Below, piece by piece: positions 44,474-56,878 of a stretch of DNA of 64,000 bases. The notes below the pieces were generated by a model that saw only the letters and a list, made by a program, of their open reading frames with translations, searched no databases and was not told where the DNA came from. The position numbers were made by a program, and so were the translations under genes. The stretch comes from Leptogorgia sarmentosa. Lineage: Eukaryota. Each line of letters starts with the position of its first letter. Position 1 is the first letter of the stretch. The DNA lies in NCBI GenBank assembly GCA_964658305.1, contig OZ210885.1, forward strand, positions 13,888,001 through 13,952,000, given 5' to 3'.

Positions 44474-44951
44474 TGTTGGTTGGTTGTTCTTTGGTGATGT
44501 TCGTTAGTGTTGTCCATGTTGATTGTTAGCCTGACGATGCGATGGTCGCCTTAGCTGGTTGTACTGTCGTTGTCTGACGGAGTCCTTTTTTGTCCTTGCA
44601 TCTTTAATTTTTGCCCTGTGGTTCACTTGGGTTCTGCTCGGGTGGGTTGCACAGGTTTTCCAATGTTTTCGATCTGGTTGAATCAGTGGGGTTGCTGCTC
44701 ATGTTGTCGCCATCTAGTTAACATCATCCTCTAACTGTGTCATCATCATAGGTTAGGGATCCCTGGGCGTGATGGTGGTTAGCATCGGATCGCTCAGGCC
44801 ATTCATGGTTGCATCATGGCACGGGGGAGGGGTTCATGACCCCTGAAGGTCCGCGTCACCTGTAGTGACCCCCCTGAATGCGGCGATTGCACCGGGTTCA
44901 GGCTCCATTGCACCGTCGGAGTCGAGAAGCTCGTCGTCGTACAATTCAAAA

Positions 44952-44968
44952 TAAGATCAAGTGTAGTA
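44952..44968 (+). pseudogene. RNU2: U2 nt 22-38 fragment between Tx1-a and Utopia
   Basis: TAAGATCAAGTGTAGTA. Confidence 0.92.
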
Positions 44969-45407
44969 CGCACGCACGCAGGTTCACGCGCGAGCGGGCT
45001 CTGCAAAATTCAATAAATTTTTGTATTAAATTATATCTAATCAATCATACCAACACATCAAACTACAACCTCGGTCCCAGGGTCTTGATCCTCGCTCGCT
45101 CCCGCTGAGGAGAGACCCTGGTTGCGGCTGGTCACGTGGCACCCAGATTTTGGGTGCTTAATTGGTTTGTACACTTAGGGAGGGGTGGTAGAGGAGAGTG
45201 TGTTTATTGTGTTTGAAATTTCCATAAATCAGGTTATAAATCATGAAATCATGAGTACATTGCGCTCATAAAATTTTTCGAAGAAATCGGATATAACACT
45301 ATTGCTATTCAATTACATAATTAAGTCATGACCTCGAACAAAGGAAGCATCAAATTACATTTTATATATGGGATTGGTCAAAAGGTTACTTATTCAGTTC
45401 TGGCTCG

Positions 45408-48400
45408 ATGGCCACTAGCGGAGGCACGCCGAAAAAATTCTACCAAAGTACATCTGTATCGACGGTAATCTCGCGTTGCAGACTGTGTTATTCTGTTGGG
45501 GATCCAAAGCATTGCAAAAATTTATTTGGGGCTGCGAATAGAGCAATTTTACGCAACGCTGAAAGTGTTTACGGGAGTGAGTTGCCTTCAAGTATCGAAC
45601 ATCCGCACTTGATTTGTCGGCCATGCGAAAGAAGGGTGAATACTGTCATTCAGTTTAAGCAAACAATTGGCGAAACGCAGAGAAAATTACGACAAGAAGT
45701 GCGTGCAAAACGTTGTGTCGACTTATCGCCATCCGTCGCTAAACCTGCCCCTAAAGTTCGAGCTACAGCTACTGAGAAATCACGTCGGCGCACTCTCGAT
45801 TTTGGTGGTGAATCGGAAAGTGCGAGGGAAATTGTAAGTCCTATATTATTGTCTTTCCCTTAGTATAAATATGTTTATTCAAACTTGTTAACCCAAGATT
45901 TTGAATTTTTCCTTGTGGAATATTGAGCGCTGTTAATGAGTGCATAGCCGCATATGAATAATTCATTCATATTCATGAATGAACCTTTGTGTAACAATGG
46001 TTTCATTCATGACTCAGTGTGTGACCGACTGTGTGTATTAAATTTCAAAGCCTTTTAATACTGACCCTAATATTCAATGTGGCCGTGTAGTCTGAAATTA
46101 TATCACACAGTTATAATACATTTCACTCACAAGACGTCTTTCATTTGAAGCGAGCTCCAATACATAATTATATATTCATGCCTAAAATTGATTTAAAGTA
46201 AAATGTTTATTTTTTTCATGTCTCATGACATATTAGTCACAATTGTAGAAAAAAACAATTGGTAGCTTGACCTTCAAATGTGCAACCATTAATGTCAAAT
46301 CTTAACAAATTAGTCAAAATTATCACATTACATATTCTATCAGTCAGGATCAAAGTCTGAAGGGAGACTCACCTCCCTCTGCCCTGTTCCCCATTTCCAT
46401 GCATCCCTGTCCATACCAATTAATAAACTGATACATGCACAAGGTGCAATGGGGCAACATGAAAATTACTTGTACTATACAACACCAAATTGAAAGAGCT
46501 ATGCTGATATATTTGCAGACATATCGGCACATAGTTACTATATGTGGAACTGTAAATCCAATTCTTGAGTCCAAGGATGCTTCAGGAGGAATAGTTTCTA
46601 TACTATAACATAGTTATATATTTTTATTTTAAAGAATGGTGAGGCATTGGTGAGGGCAAATAAAGAATTAATTGAGGTTGCCAGACGAAGTGAATCATCT
46701 GTTCTACGGAAACGATCATATGATGGTTTGTCAGCAGAGGGATGGATTTCAGAGGTTTTGGAAGAGCTAGCAACCAGATGTCCAATGGTAAACAAAATCC
46801 TGAGATCTCTGGTGGAAAGCAGCATTTACCCAGAGAAGAAAAATCCTGTTATCTGCTTAATTTATGGCATTGTAATGTTCTTGCGGTGTCATGAATTAAG
46901 TAGGATTCAAAGGATAAATTCTGTTCTGTTGATAGAAGGACATGCATCTGTGGATGTAAGTACCATAATTATTTGAATTTATAAGTGCTTCTCTCAAATA
47001 AACATTGAAGGGACAAATAAATACTGTCATTGTGTTCACATAATTTTTTTGTACTACTTTTAGTTGATTTCTCGTCTGAATAAGTTTGGTATATGCCTCG
47101 AGCCAACAAAGAAATATCCAATACTAGATGACATTGGCAAACATTTCATCGATCGTGCAGCTGAGTTGGTGAAGTCCGGACATAAATTTGTTTATGTTCT
47201 GGACAACATCGACTGGGAGGAGAAGGCACACGACATGAGGCAAAATATTCAAAACAGGAGTGTTCATGCTGTGGCAACAAGTATTGTATTCAACCGTGTT
47301 TCTGACCAAGGGTTGCCCGATTCTGGTCCTCAGCAAAGTCTGAAGGATTGCAATGTCCACCAGCTGGTAGATATCAGTCCTCTGGAGTTGGAGGCAATCC
47401 GAAGCCGGTATAGAATACTTGTTGCCAAGCTTTTGTTTGAACACTTTCCTGCGTTTGAAATGTTCATGCCTCATGTTGCTACGAGCACCAAGTCAATGAA
47501 TGACAAAGAAATGTCCACCAAGTCTGAAGTGTTGACCATGCCCATCATGATGAAGGACGAAAAAAAATATTCAGACTGTGTCGATGTTTTGGACCAACTC
47601 GAGACATGGACACATGAAATATACACAGCCGCTGGGTTATGTTCCAAACAGCCAGAATCAGCAAATGACACCCCACCCACAATCATGACGACATCCAGAC
47701 CCGACCAGCCTGCATCTCATATTCCACCTGTTGAGTCACAAAACGATCCCCTGCGAGGAGTCAAGATACCATGCTTTGGTGACCAGCTCACAAGGGTGCG
47801 ATTTGCTGGAGCAAAAGATCTGAGGGCAGGATGTCACTCAGCCAAGCAAAGATTGGATCACTTATACCCATTTTGCATTGTGGACTGGCATACGAAGAGA
47901 AGTTTCTTAAAGGTATGAAAAACATAAATAACTGCAATACAGTGTGTACACCAGTTTGGCAAATCTCCATGTCATAAATGTTCTTTTATTTTCTATTCAA
48001 TTGCTGTAGCATAAATATATTGAAAATGTTACAGTATTTCCTGTCTTTCTCATATATTTTGAGTAACAACACTGTAAAACTGGTGTAGATCCCAGCAATT
48101 GGTGATGCATATATAAAGCATATAACCCAACTATATTGGAAAGAGAAAAGTAATTCTCTTTCAGCTACAGTACCTTGGAAACAGGATGTTTGTAACATTA
48201 TGATTTATTTAATATGGTAATATGTTTCTTTTCTTCAGACTGTATACAAGAAACTATACAAAAATTCTGGAAGAGAGAAAGGTACCCTGCGATTCTTCAG
48301 AGAAAAACTCAATCGGAGGAATGTCACTGCTGATGTGAAGCACTATGAGGATTGTGAGCAGCTGTTTTTCAGTGTTGGGAAGTGTTTTGTCATTGAAGCC

Positions 48401-49264
48401 CTTTTGGAATTTTTCCAAATGGACAGCACAAAACACAAACCAACAGCGAACAATCCTCATAGTGTTGAAGTTCTAACAGAAGAGTACCGGAAACAATACA
48501 TTACCAGCATGCTGGATAAATTCATTGACGAATTTGTTTTCATTGGTGGAAATGGAGAGGTCGCAGACGGTGTTTGGAGCTATTCTGTCAATGTCATCAA
48601 ATGTTTTTTAATATTGGTTGACTTTAAGGATGCAGTCTCCACAGGCAATGGTGAGCACCTGCTCATCCTAAGGAAACAGTTGCTGCACCATTTCTTTGCC
48701 TCACCTGGCTTCAATGAATTTTCAATTGAGATGCTGATCAACATTCTGCAAAGCAAAGTGCTGCTATCAGAAGCAGAGGCACATCGCTGCAAATGGGCAG
48801 CTACAGTTAATTGGAAAGGCGGTGCCGGAAACAACATCGAGATTGACTTGTTCCAAGAGAACAGAAATTGTGAGATGAAGAAGCTGATCAAAGCAATGGG
48901 TGCAAACAAAACAGAGCAAGCTATTTCTAGAGCAAGCAAGGCATCTGGAGGTGTGACAAATATTGTTGATGCATTTGAGCATCAAGTAAACATCCACCAG
49001 AAATCTTCCAGACACTCACACAAGTCATCGGTCAGTGATGAAGCAATCATTAACAAAGATTTGAGAGACTTAAGGCCATTCAAGAAGGATGATGAACGAT
49101 CATTTGAATCCTTTAAAGGGATTTCCCATGACCCCACCCACACATTGAACAAGGAAAAGTTCAGAACCTGGATGTCACGGCACAAGAAAAACCTCTTGAT
49201 GCACTTTCCAGTGATTGGTGACACTGAAAATGAGCATGAAGAAGAGGTGTTTGATATGGATTAA
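45408..49264 (+). CDS. Academ-type transposase, spliced: 45408-45833, 46635-46955, 47064-47912, 48239-49264 (~873 aa; an extra small exon in intron 1 is possible)
   Basis: GT-AG phase-0 introns; N-terminal CRLC...CRPC zinc finger; VLDNIDW, FGDQLT, DWH and IDLFQENRN motifs. Confidence 0.82.
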
Positions 49265-50410
49265 GTGGAACAATAAGAGATGTATGCACTGTAATGTGTA
49301 AGTTAAAAAATATATTGCTACTTAAGGTTCCTGCCTTGCAGAAGGCAATTGCACTTATTGCTCTTGTTCCTACCACCAAGCCTTGCATTGATGCAATATG
49401 TTTTCAAAATGAAGGTTGTTGGTAAAAACAATAGCCTTATGAAACCTGAATAAGTGCTATTATTAAACAAGTAGGCTTTATATCAATTTATTACTAAACT
49501 AATCATGATGATTAATAGCATATGTTTTGTGCATTCTTCAAACATACTGCAGTCACAAAACTAGCTGCAAATTTTAAGGTGCATTTTAAGATGAATGTTG
49601 CATATATTGAATTTAGTCAAATGTATTTAAACTGTTTGGCAGTAACTATATGATAATATAACAGAAAGGATAATGATACCAATTGGTCAAACAATATTTT
49701 TTTAAAATTAAACTAGTTTCTATTGCACATAGTACATGCACTGTAAAAATTTTCATAATCACATTGATAGGTATGGACACAAAATGCACAATGGTATTAA
49801 AATGTAAAAATTGTATTGAAGTTATATCCATAAAATTACAAGTACTGTAAATGTTAAAATACAGTACACAAACTGAATGTTTAGTCAGTTGTTTATTATT
49901 CAAACACACATCCATCCCCTACACTTGAGTTGGCATGGCTGTCAAAATTATTGTAGAGCCCTTCTAAGAGAAACACTTGATAGCAGGTATTTATTATAGG
50001 CTACAGCATATTTGTTTTGGACACTCACTTTACATATATATCCGTACTCATGCATGTACTTGCATTATTATTATATGAAAGAATTTGTAGATTCTGATTG
50101 GCTAGCCCTCATGTTTCAAATCTATGGTCGCATCATATGAGCGTTTTCATTTATGTTATGACATCAACTCGTGATGAAGCAGGAATGTAAAACAACACAA
50201 ATGGCTTCCTCAAATATGTGCTACAACCTAAATTCTTCCATTGTTTCAAATAATAATAAAACTTAATATCAATTTTGACTTTCACAAGATATGAAGAATA
50301 AGCAAGCCTCAGTTTGTCATTCTCGACCTCATTATTATAATAATTGGATTACTGCATGTGGAAATGCCTTCAAAGTGTTTTTGCTACAACAGTATACAAC
50401 CTTACTAAAC

Positions 50411-51994
50411 TTACAAGTTCTCCATATCAAGTGATAAACACTCGAAGCACGTACAATCATTTTCACAAACATTACAACAAACATGCAATGGCTTTATCAA
50501 AATATCCTGTTCATAGTCCATTGACTTTAACATCAATTTTCTTAGGCATTGATTGTTACTTGAGCAGAAATGACGCATATCATCCTGCATGCCCACTCTA
50601 TTTTTTGCAATATCCCGGTTGTTATAGTACAAGCAAGCCCATGAAGGATTGCCATCTCTCCCAGCACGTCCAGTTTCTTGCATGTAAGCTTTTACTGTAG
50701 TTGGAGGTCCAATATGTACAATGTGGCGAATATTTGGTATGTCCACACCCATTCCTAAAGCAACTGTTGCAAAAATTACCCGAACAATGCTTCTTCCTGA
50801 ACAGAGTTGTTTTAGGATGTCATCCTTCATTTGGGATGTTTGCGGAGCATGAAATTGGGCAAACAGGCGATTTTCAGGAATTTTGTCAGAGCCAAGGGGA
50901 AAGTACTGCTCAGTACCAAGGACATACTCGAACAACTTGTACGCAAATCCACAAAATTTTAATGGGATATACACAATTGTTAATGGATAGTCGATTTTCT
51001 TCTGCAGAAGGCCCATAGCAATTGGTTCCAAGATTGATGGAATTGCATCAACATCTTGCCCATCACGAAAGACCTTTTTATAAAAAATATTCTTTCGATC
51101 AGGATTGGCAATGATGGATTTGCAATTTTTTAACCCCAACGAATTCTGGATACACCTGATATCTGCCTTATTAGCCGTGGCAGTCATTGCGAGAACCGGC
51201 ACGTCTGGAAAATATGCACAAAGCACTCCTAACTTCCCATAGTCTGTTCTAAAGTCATTTCCCCTGCAATAAGAAACATGTATTATGAACCTTCAGCAAC
51301 ATGCTAGCAAAATATATATGAATTGGTGACTACTGGTATATTTTCATACCTGCTTTTTCATATATAGATATATACCTAATTTACCTATGTTATAAGAATA
51401 TCAAATATTTTTTACTTACCAATCCAGTATACAATGAGCTTCGTCTATGACAATGGCAACAACATTTTCCTGGTAGTTTTTGTTCAATAACAACTCCCGT
51501 CCATATTTAGTGGAAATTAACGATTCTGGATGCGCAAAAACTAGATGGTAATGACCAGCACGTAGTTTAGCTTCTTCGCAAAGACGGAAATCAACATCGT
51601 GTTCAATATTTTCTTCCGAATCAACGTTGCTTTGGTGTTGTCTCGTGATAACATCTATAACCGACGCTCGAATACCACTCGCATATAAACGGGCAACTTG
51701 GTCACTTATTAAAGAGTTTAATGGGGACACAACCATAACAATCGACGAAACTGTCGTGGCAGCAATATCTTTTGACTTCCAACTACAAATTCTGCCTCTC
51801 ACAAACAACAACATTGGCAAAAGATGGAAAACCAATGATTTGCCATAGCCCGTTGGCAAAACACACATTACATCGTTTTGCAAATACATGCTCTCGAGGC
51901 AAACAACTTGCTTTGGTTTAAAAACAATCTCATCGTAGAAGCTATTTAAAACAGCAAACTCCAAGCACGATAAAAAGACAATGTAATCCAGCAT
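50411..51994 (-). CDS. RecQ-like SF2 helicase, exons 51994-51420 and 51263-50411
   Basis: LPTGYGKS, VSPLNSL, DEAHCILDW|GNDFR across the splice, MTAT, ATVALGMGVD, QETGRAGRDG, C-terminal Cys cluster. Confidence 0.93.
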
Positions 51995-52723
51995 GGCGAA
52001 CGCGATAAGAAAAGTACGCCAAGTGGAAACATGTAACATGACACTCTCCCATCACCCCCTAAGGCAGCTAATTATTCGCCAGTCACGTGACCAGCCGCAA
52101 CCAGGGTCTCTCCTCCCCTTGGGGTTATGAGGAGAGAGCCTGGGTACGAGGTTGATCAAACTACTCCTAAAGACGTGTAGAATCATCTACTGGTGTTTAT
52201 CTTGTATCAAGACATCGATCTCATCTTGTTTTTGGATTTATTGTTTTCCGCATTGTGTTTACATTTACATCTCGTACGCTACAAACGGGTTCAATTTAAA
52301 CTTTTGGTCATATCTTCTCTCTGGATAACTCAATCATCGTGGAAATTCCTATGTGATCTACAATTCTCTGTATTAAACGTCTGTAAAAGTTTCGCGTCGT
52401 CAAATCGTCCCTACGTAAAGTTATTTGGATCCCTTTCATTGTGACCGTTGGAAATTATTTGAATTTTTGAATATTAATTAAGTCCCATACTCGGCCCGTA
52501 TTCCGCTTATATCTCTGGTTCAACGCAAGATATCCACTCATAACTTGGCTATTATATTCCTATTCTGGTCTACAACACCTCTACCAAGTTGGACGCTGGA
52601 AACTTTATTATTTCCTGAGATATTTATTATCTACGTATCGTACTTTAATCCCGGTTTATTAATTATTGTATCCTGTCGTCGCCCGTCAAATGTGGGGATT
52701 TCCCTAATTCGTCTTATTGCGTA

Positions 52724-55700
52724 ATGCCTTCGTGGGAATGCTCAGATTGCGACTTCATTGGCAAATCAAGTCAAGGTCTCGGTGTCCATCGCTCCAAGAA
52801 GCACAATTGTAAAAACAGTTCATTCCCTAACGTGAAGTCCGTATCTGTTGTTCGTGAATACCCCGAGAACAGAAGTTTCTATTGTTGTTTATGTAACTCT
52901 ATCGTACTAAACTATAACCATCTAAGCCGTCACTTTAAAAACCTTCACCCGGCAATTAACCTATCATCATCTGCAAAATGCTCAATATGTGGTAAGCTCT
53001 TCTCTAGCGGTCAAGGCGCTGGTGTCCATATCAATAAATCTCAATGTGGGAAAACGAAGTCAGTAAAGATCAATGATGAACCCATCATGTCATACGCGAA
53101 ATATCACGATGAGGATTCCATTGTTACCACACCACAATCCACTACCAACAGCAATCCCATCATTACCTCAACCCAATCCCAACCCACACAAGCCCCCTTT
53201 TATCTCGAACCAGTGGTCGTCTTAGTTGATTGTACTGCTGTGAACAGACCTCCTTCCACAAACCTCACCACTCCTCCCCCTCCCTCCCCTTCGATCCGTG
53301 AAACTCCCGCACCCTCCATATGTGACCTCCCATCCGAGGACTATGATGACCCAGATATTTCCTTCGATATTCCCTCCCCTCTACATGCTTCCCAATTCCT
53401 TTCCCAACCATTTCCTTCCCACCCTAGCAGACCTTCCGTTTCCCCATCTCAACAAAATCCTCGCCCTACCTCCCAATCCTCTCCCCAATCCCCTTCCCCT
53501 ACACTCCCTCACACTCCCTCTCCTACCCCCCTCATCCACCCCTTTCCTGACCCATCCCTTCCATCAAGTTCTCATCCATCCTCTGACCCCTCCCACAATA
53601 TCCCTATGTCCCCTCCCGCTGATGCCTTACCATCTACACCTTCGACAGATCCCTCCTCAAGTGATACGCCTAACTCATTACCCCCGAACCATCCCAATAA
53701 CCCCTCAGATGTCCAATCCGAGTTCTCAAACAAATGGTTAGCTACATTCTCCACAAATTCCAACTGGGACGACTTCTCCAACCAATGCTATAACTTCGCA
53801 AGTGATGTCATCCTGGAGAGTGATAAGAACTTTGATCTTAGGAAGAAAGCTGCACCCCGACGTAACAACCGCCCATCTGCCAGACCTATCAATGCCAACC
53901 GTCGTCCGCTCAAATACAACCCTATCGAAGCCCGTAGAATCCAACGCTTATACCGCCTCTCTAAGAAGCGTGCCGCCAGACAAGTAATAAGCGATAATAA
54001 ACCATCCTACACTGGCTCGGTCGATGAAGCGAACCATTTCTTCCAACAGGTCTTTGGTGAAAAAACTGTCGACGCTGATGCAGTCCAACAAGGTCTTAAT
54101 GACAACGTTCCATCTGGCCCTAAAGATCACTCCCTCTATGATCCCATCACTCCTGATAAAATTGCCAAAAAACTCCGCTCCCTTTCTAACTCCGCTCCCG
54201 GTGCTGACCGAGTTGAATACAGACACCTGAAGTCCGTTGACTCCAAAGGCGAAGTACTCTGCGCCATCTACAACCGGTGCTTAATAGAAAATGATGTTCC
54301 TTTGAAATGGAAATCATCTCGGACAGTCCTGATCCATAAGAAAGGTGATGCCGCCGACATTTCCAACTTTCGTCCCATAGCCCTGATGAGTTGCATTTAT
54401 AAAATTTTCATGAGTATCCTGGCCGACCGTCTGGTCACCTATTCCATCGACAACAACTACCTGTCCAACTCCCAAAAAAGCGCTCGTCCCACCGAAGGAT
54501 GCTACGAACACACCTTCATCCTGCAATCACTTGTTCTTGATGCCAAAAGACACCAAAAGAATCTCTTTGTTGCTTGGCTCGATCTACGAAATGCCTTTGG
54601 TAGCGTTCCCCATGAAGTCATCTCCCTTACCCTATCCCACCTTGGCGTGCCTGATCCCATCGTAAACCTGGTTAAAAACATCTACACCAACGCCACAACC
54701 GAAATCAACACTCCTGCAGGAATAACTCCCGGCATTCCCATCCATGCTGGTGTCAAACAGGGCTGTCCGCTATCACCCATTCTGTTTAACCTATGTATTG
54801 AGATCATAATCCGGGCAATTGCCTCAAAGGGACATGACACCGGTCCTGTTAAACACTACAATGGTGAAATTTCTGTCTTGGCATATGCTGATGATTTGGT
54901 CCTCCTCGCTAAAACCAAGGACAAACTCCAACTCCTCCTTGATGCAGCATCCACCTCTGCCAACCTCATCGGTCTTGATTTCCGTCCTGACAAATGTGCC
55001 TCCCTAAGTATGACTTACAGCAATAGATGTGATGGCAACATACAAATTAACAACCTAAATGTTCAAGACAAAGCCATCCCTGCTCTAAAAGAACACGAAC
55101 ATTATCGGTACTTAGGAGTTCCCATCGGTATGATCCGCGACGTCGACAATCTAGACTCTCTGGTTGATGACCTCTGCAACGACCTCGACAGAATCAGTAA
55201 CTCTCTTCTCGCCCCCTGGCAAAAACTGGACGCCATTCGAACTTTTGTGCAGCCTTGCCTGACATTCGCTCTCCGTGCCGGCGAACCACAAAAAGCGTCC
55301 CTAACCAAGTACAGAAGGAAACTCATCGAAGTTGTTCGATCCATCTGCCACCTACCTCTCCGTGCCACAACCCATATCATCTTTGCCTCAACAAAAGCAG
55401 GTGGCCTAGGCTTTCAAGACCCATATGATGAAGTAGACGTCCAAACGGTGGTCCAAGCAATCAAAATGCTTTCCTCCAAAGACCCCTTTGTCTCTGCCGT
55501 GGCCATTGGTGAACTCAGACGAGCGGTCACCTTCGCAATACAATCAGATGCGTCCCCTGCTAACATCCGTGACTTTCTTTCCGGATCCACCCAAGGCAAA
55601 TTCCACCACTCACGCATGCGATACCGTACCCACTCCCTATGGACCCGAGCAAGACAAGCATCCCATCGCTTAGGCTTAACTTTCAACGTCCCTGACAACG

Positions 55701-56500
55701 ACGCCCCGTCTATCTCAACGACCTCAAAAGGCCCCTGCCCTGCTCGATCAGCATCCGCCTTCCTACATCGCGTAGTACAAGACCGAGCCTCAGAAAAGCT
55801 GATGGCCCTCCCGGATCAAGGAAAGGTTGCTCGGGCCCTTGTCAAAGATGCTTTTTGCAACGGTTCCTCTTGGCTTTTCTCGGGTCTCAACATGCGTTTC
55901 AAAGATTGGAGATTCATCCACCGTGCAAGATTGAACGTTGTTCCAACAAACCAGAATAAATCCCGTTGGTCCGACTGCTCTAATCTCTGCCGTGTTTGCT
56001 CCTCCCACCCAGAAACCTTGCCCCATGTCATTTGCCATTGTACATCAAATATGGTCCAAATTCGAGAACGCCACAACTCCATAGTGAATCGACTAGCGAA
56101 AGCCGTCCGATATGGTAACGTTCAACTTGACTGTCAAATTGATGGCATAGATGATGAGTGTCGCCCTGATATTGTAATACATGAGGATAACGAAGTCACA
56201 ATCATCGATGTAACCTGCCCCTTTGACAACGACGAAAACGCCCTCTCCACCGCGGACTTCAATAAAGTAATGAAATATAACCACCTGAAACATCATTTCA
56301 ACCAACTTGGACTTAACTGTCACGTCTTCGGTTTCGTTATTGGCGCTCTTGGAACATGGCACCCTAACAATGAAGCTGTCCTAAACCAACTCCGTATGGC
56401 TAAATCATATAAGTCGCTGTTTAGAAAGTTATGCTGCTCCGATGTCATCCGTGGCTCAGCAGAAATATACTACAACCACATGGCCCAGCTAGTGGACTAA
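52724..56500 (+). CDS. Utopia-like polyprotein: N-terminal zinc fingers, RT, CCHC, restriction-like endonuclease (1258 aa)
   Basis: CSDC..HRSKKH, CCLC..HFKNLH; FRPIAL, LDLRNAFGSV, GVKQGCPLSP, AYADD; CRVC..ETLPHVICHC, RHN, RPDIV..IIDV..K..KY. Confidence 0.97.
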   Translation: MPSWECSDCDFIGKSSQGLGVHRSKKHNCKNSSFPNVKSVSVVREYPENRSFYCCLCNSIVLNYNHLSRHFKNLHPAINLSSSAKCSICGKLFSSGQGAGVHINKSQCGKTKSVKINDEPIMSYAKYHDEDSIVTTPQSTTNSNPIITSTQSQPTQAPFYLEPVVVLVDCTAVNRPPSTNLTTPPPPSPSIRETPAPSICDLPSEDYDDPDISFDIPSPLHASQFLSQPFPSHPSRPSVSPSQQNPRPTSQSSPQSPSPTLPHTPSPTPLIHPFPDPSLPSSSHPSSDPSHNIPMSPPADALPSTPSTDPSSSDTPNSLPPNHPNNPSDVQSEFSNKWLATFSTNSNWDDFSNQCYNFASDVILESDKNFDLRKKAAPRRNNRPSARPINANRRPLKYNPIEARRIQRLYRLSKKRAARQVISDNKPSYTGSVDEANHFFQQVFGEKTVDADAVQQGLNDNVPSGPKDHSLYDPITPDKIAKKLRSLSNSAPGADRVEYRHLKSVDSKGEVLCAIYNRCLIENDVPLKWKSSRTVLIHKKGDAADISNFRPIALMSCIYKIFMSILADRLVTYSIDNNYLSNSQKSARPTEGCYEHTFILQSLVLDAKRHQKNLFVAWLDLRNAFGSVPHEVISLTLSHLGVPDPIVNLVKNIYTNATTEINTPAGITPGIPIHAGVKQGCPLSPILFNLCIEIIIRAIASKGHDTGPVKHYNGEISVLAYADDLVLLAKTKDKLQLLLDAASTSANLIGLDFRPDKCASLSMTYSNRCDGNIQINNLNVQDKAIPALKEHEHYRYLGVPIGMIRDVDNLDSLVDDLCNDLDRISNSLLAPWQKLDAIRTFVQPCLTFALRAGEPQKASLTKYRRKLIEVVRSICHLPLRATTHIIFASTKAGGLGFQDPYDEVDVQTVVQAIKMLSSKDPFVSAVAIGELRRAVTFAIQSDASPANIRDFLSGSTQGKFHHSRMRYRTHSLWTRARQASHRLGLTFNVPDNDAPSISTTSKGPCPARSASAFLHRVVQDRASEKLMALPDQGKVARALVKDAFCNGSSWLFSGLNMRFKDWRFIHRARLNVVPTNQNKSRWSDCSNLCRVCSSHPETLPHVICHCTSNMVQIRERHNSIVNRLAKAVRYGNVQLDCQIDGIDDECRPDIVIHEDNEVTIIDVTCPFDNDENALSTADFNKVMKYNHLKHHFNQLGLNCHVFGFVIGALGTWHPNNEAVLNQLRMAKSYKSLFRKLCCSDVIRGSAEIYYNHMAQLVD

Positions 56501-56878
56501 ACACTGAACAAACATTTACTCGTAATTCCATAGCCTAAATACTCCTCACTTGTAAAAAGTATAATCCCATTCTTTGTGTGCCTTCTGTATTCATATAACA
56601 TGAAACATTAGTATAACAAAATTAGTTCTTAGTCAGCCCACAATCAGTAGTAAAACAGCACATCCGTAAACATAGTACAGCAAACTAGTTCCCGAAAACA
56701 TTCGTCTCAGAATTCTTAAGTTAATTAGTACTCAGTTATCACGTACATTACGTCACATATAACATATATATATATATAGTCATTTAAGGTATTCTAATAA
56801 CTATGTCATTAGTATCTCATGAATAACTACGTCATCAATGTAAATAACTATTTCTTGTTTTGAATAAATTTGTTACAA

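Larger units (their letters stand above)
38930..44951 (+). mobile_element. Full-length Tx1-clade non-LTR retrotransposon inserted in U2 (Tx1-a)
   Basis: ORF1 plus ORF2 (APE-RT); 5-bp TSD TAAGA = U2 nt 22-26 (38925-38929, 44952-44956); short A tail. Confidence 0.93.
45066..52154. mobile_element. AcademH-type DNA transposon (transposase plus RecQ-like helicase), 7089 bp
   Basis: 9-bp TSD ATCAAACTA (45057-45065, 52155-52163); TIR CAACCTCG..CCCAGG..GAGGAGAGACCCTGGTTGCGGCTGGTCACGTG; two convergent genes. The 9-bp TSD with a RecQ-like helicase is the established AcademH signature. Confidence 0.9.
44969..56878 (+). mobile_element. Utopia-like (NeSL/R2 group, RLE-type) U2-specific non-LTR retrotransposon, 5' UTR interrupted by AcademH
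   Basis: Junctions GTGTAGTA|CGCACGC and TTGTTACAA|TCTGTTCTTATCAG (U2 nt 38/39); single ZnF-RT-RLE ORF. Confidence 0.92.

Noticed and set aside
50411..51994. Host RecQ/BLM/WRN gene
   Set aside because: Helicase core only, lying within TIRs and a 9-bp TSD opposite a transposase; it is transposon cargo
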